Source of the DNA: Stylophora pistillata
Lineage: Eukaryota
NCBI RefSeq assembly: GCF_002571385.2
Contig: NW_019218157.1
Coordinates: 75,752-139,751, forward strand
Direction of reading: 5' to 3'
DNA length: 64,000 nucleotides
Shown piece by piece: positions 62,524 through 64,000 of the stretch. Numbering within the stretch: the stretch's first letter is position 1; every line of letters starts with the position of its first letter. The notes below the pieces were generated by a model. That model saw only the letters and a program-made list of their open reading frames with translations. It was not told the origin of the DNA and did no database searches. The position numbers were made by a program, and so were the translations under genes.

Positions 62524-63857
62524 CCCAGTCCAATATATTTGTGACTATTTTCTAATCAATGAACCCCTTAAATTGTAAACAATTTCGGAATTCGCTCTTA
62601 AGCGCGATTATTTTCGAATAACATCCTTCGTTTTTTATTTATCTAGTTTTGATTAACCGGTAACAGGAGTTGGTGTCTGTAATTATACTCGTTTGATTGC
62701 TAAGAGAATTAGACTCCACTCAACCCCATTACTGTTCCTCATTGTCTGTTTTCTAAGGATTACGCCTTTCAAAATTTCTATATCATTTTGCTTTTAGAAA
62801 TATGGAATTTCTTTATTAATATCATAGGTGACAAATACTCCTTAATTTGGCGCGAAATTTCAGCTTTAAATTTTAATTTCACATGTGAAATTACAAAATA
62901 AATTGCCATGGTAACATCTCTTGTATCTCGATCAGGGCCAAGATGGCGTTGAGATTTAAGACGGTCACCCTTGAAGAAGTTACGAAATTAAAAGAAGCGG
63001 CCGAAAATTTAAATACGCGAAAGAGCACAATTAACTGGGTGTGAGTTTTTGAGAAGTGGTATGACGAAAATAGCCTCGAGAAAAACCTGGAGATGATTCT
63101 TCCCGAGCAGTTGGATAAAGTACCCGAGCGATTTTACGCCTCCGTGTGTAAACAAGACGTAATTTGTCACCCACGATATTAGAAGGTAATGAAATGGTTT
63201 TCTCGTGAAATTAGGAAATAATTTCACTTGCGTTTTGTCAAAATTCCGATAATTTTCCTCGCCTAAAGGCTCGGGAAATTATCAGAATTTTGACAAAACG
63301 AGCTTGAAATAATTTCCTAATTTCACTCGTCGCCATTTGATTACACATACATAGACATTGGGCGGATTCATATCTTGAACTAAGGGGGGTGGGGGAGCGT
63401 TTTTTTGTTTGTGTGTGTTCACCAACCGGCCCAATGCGTTTTATTTTACCCAAAAAAAGGGGGGAGCGTGCCCCCTCCCCTAGATCCACTGATAAAAAGA
63501 ATAACAGTTACCTGAACATTCTATTCCATCACCAGAATACCCGTTCGGGCAAGGATCACACTTGAACCCTGTTTTGTTTGCAGGCGCTGGCAAATCGTTA
63601 CAAGTCACACCCGGGTAACATGGTTGGAAATTTTCTTCGCAGGCGTCGAGATCTGCATCACAAAAAGTTCCAGTATAACCATTCTGACAGGTGCATGACA
63701 GAATAGTAAATTTGTTCTCGTTGCTGTCAGCACTGTTGTCAGCATCTTCTTCCTCCACGGGTGCGCAAACCCCTTGGTTTTGGCATGCGCAGATGTTGAT
63801 ACTTGGCTGTAAAACTGTTTTAGTTGTTGCATCGGCCACTATGAACTGTATGTCGAT
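55835..63857 (-). CDS. 3' part of an EGF/cbEGF-rich type I membrane protein, coral mucin-like (MUC4-type). Exons 63857-63512, 61806-61684, 60688-60566, 60074-59955, 59462-59337, 59125-59003, 58375-58260, 58028-57931, 57407-56988, 56042-55835; continues beyond the window
   Basis: Phase-consistent GT-AG exons; Ca-binding EGF starts DVDEC/DIDEC with C.NT.GS[YF].C.C; Pro-rich linker; SRRRRAA; Thr-rich stalk; TM AIVGGCVAGAVILILVIIAIAWYC followed by NRRKK. The CACQNQG..CYPGVTCNDLPAP..FKCDPCP block resembles the post-VWD region of mucin-like/VWDE proteins. Confidence 0.88.
56737..56975. mobile_element. Penelope-derived palindromic repeat with two mutated hammerhead motifs
   Basis: Same family as 34730-34920. 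Plus copy ATGACGAAGGGCTAACGCTAGAAACGTCAG has a C-to-A change in the CUGANGA box; the minus copy lacks CUGA and has GATA in place of GAAA. Confidence 0.7.
57690..57810. repeat. Degenerate (GTCA/GTCG)n tetranucleotide repeat
   Basis: Direct reading. Confidence 0.75.
58436..58490. repeat. Perfect 24-bp inverted repeat with a 7-nt loop
   Basis: GAAATTGTGCTTGAAATGACGTGT-TCCCTTG-ACACGTCATTTCAAGCACAATTTC. Confidence 0.92.
61070..61617 (-). mobile_element. Full-length tRNA-derived SINE, tail type C, with a nested MITE (61339-61507)
   Basis: Head CCGCCTCCCGGTTAGCTCAGTTGGTTAGAGCG..GGGTTCGAGCCCCGGCCGGACCAA with A and B boxes; body shared with the 3374 and 10734 copies; ends in AATAAAAAAAATAAAATAAAA. 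Confidence 0.85.
62492..62520. repeat. (TA)n microsatellite
   Basis: Direct reading. Confidence 0.95.
62943..63160 (+). pseudogene. Crypton-A / DUF3504-family N-terminal remnant inside a non-autonomous element (about 62660-63350)
   Basis: MALRFKTVTLEEVTKLKEAAENLNTRKSTINWV*VFEKWYDENSLEKNLEMILPEQLDKVPERFYASVCKQD fits the RF..NT.KST.W..VF..W..LD..L..FY..V.K.DG pattern; it has an internal stop and is truncated. Confidence 0.65.
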
Positions 63858-64000
63858 CTGCCAGATGGAGAGATATAATTTCAAACGAAGGCAATCTACC
63901 AGACTTACATGATATGTTACCTGGTCTAGCAATGAGAGAGGGGATAAAATTGGAAATAGAGATGGGCCTAATGTGGCTATTTTATTCTTGAATCTTCCTC

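Overview
AT-rich, intron-containing animal DNA, most likely a scleractinian coral (inferred from gene families and repeat content). Protein-coding content, reconstructed by hand from GT-AG exons: (1) the 3' part of a fibrinogen-related (FReD) gene; (2) two convergent intronless rhodopsin-class GPCR paralogues, the second frameshifted at a poly-A run; (3) a complete gene (8 coding exons, 444 aa) for a secreted protein with signal peptide, two-domain expansin (DPBB + CBM63, EXLX1/YoaJ-like), Ser/Thr/Pro linker and a C-terminal CBM14 chitin-binding domain. This is the most unusual item, and the ORF track shows it only in fragments; (4) a 6x sushi/CCP type I membrane protein with PY motifs; (5) two divergent intronless RING-B-box-coiled coil-filamin-NHL (TRIM-NHL) genes; (6) the 3' ten exons of an EGF-rich mucin-like (MUC4-type) membrane protein with an ITAM-like tail. 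Non-coding DNA contains tRNA-derived SINEs sharing one body but carrying three different 3' tails, a LINE 3' end matching one tail, Penelope-type minimal hammerhead ribozyme motifs, several MITE families, Harbinger and Crypton relics, and micro/minisatellites. No CRISPR, rRNA or genuine tRNA genes were seen. All homology calls are from motif recognition, not database searches.
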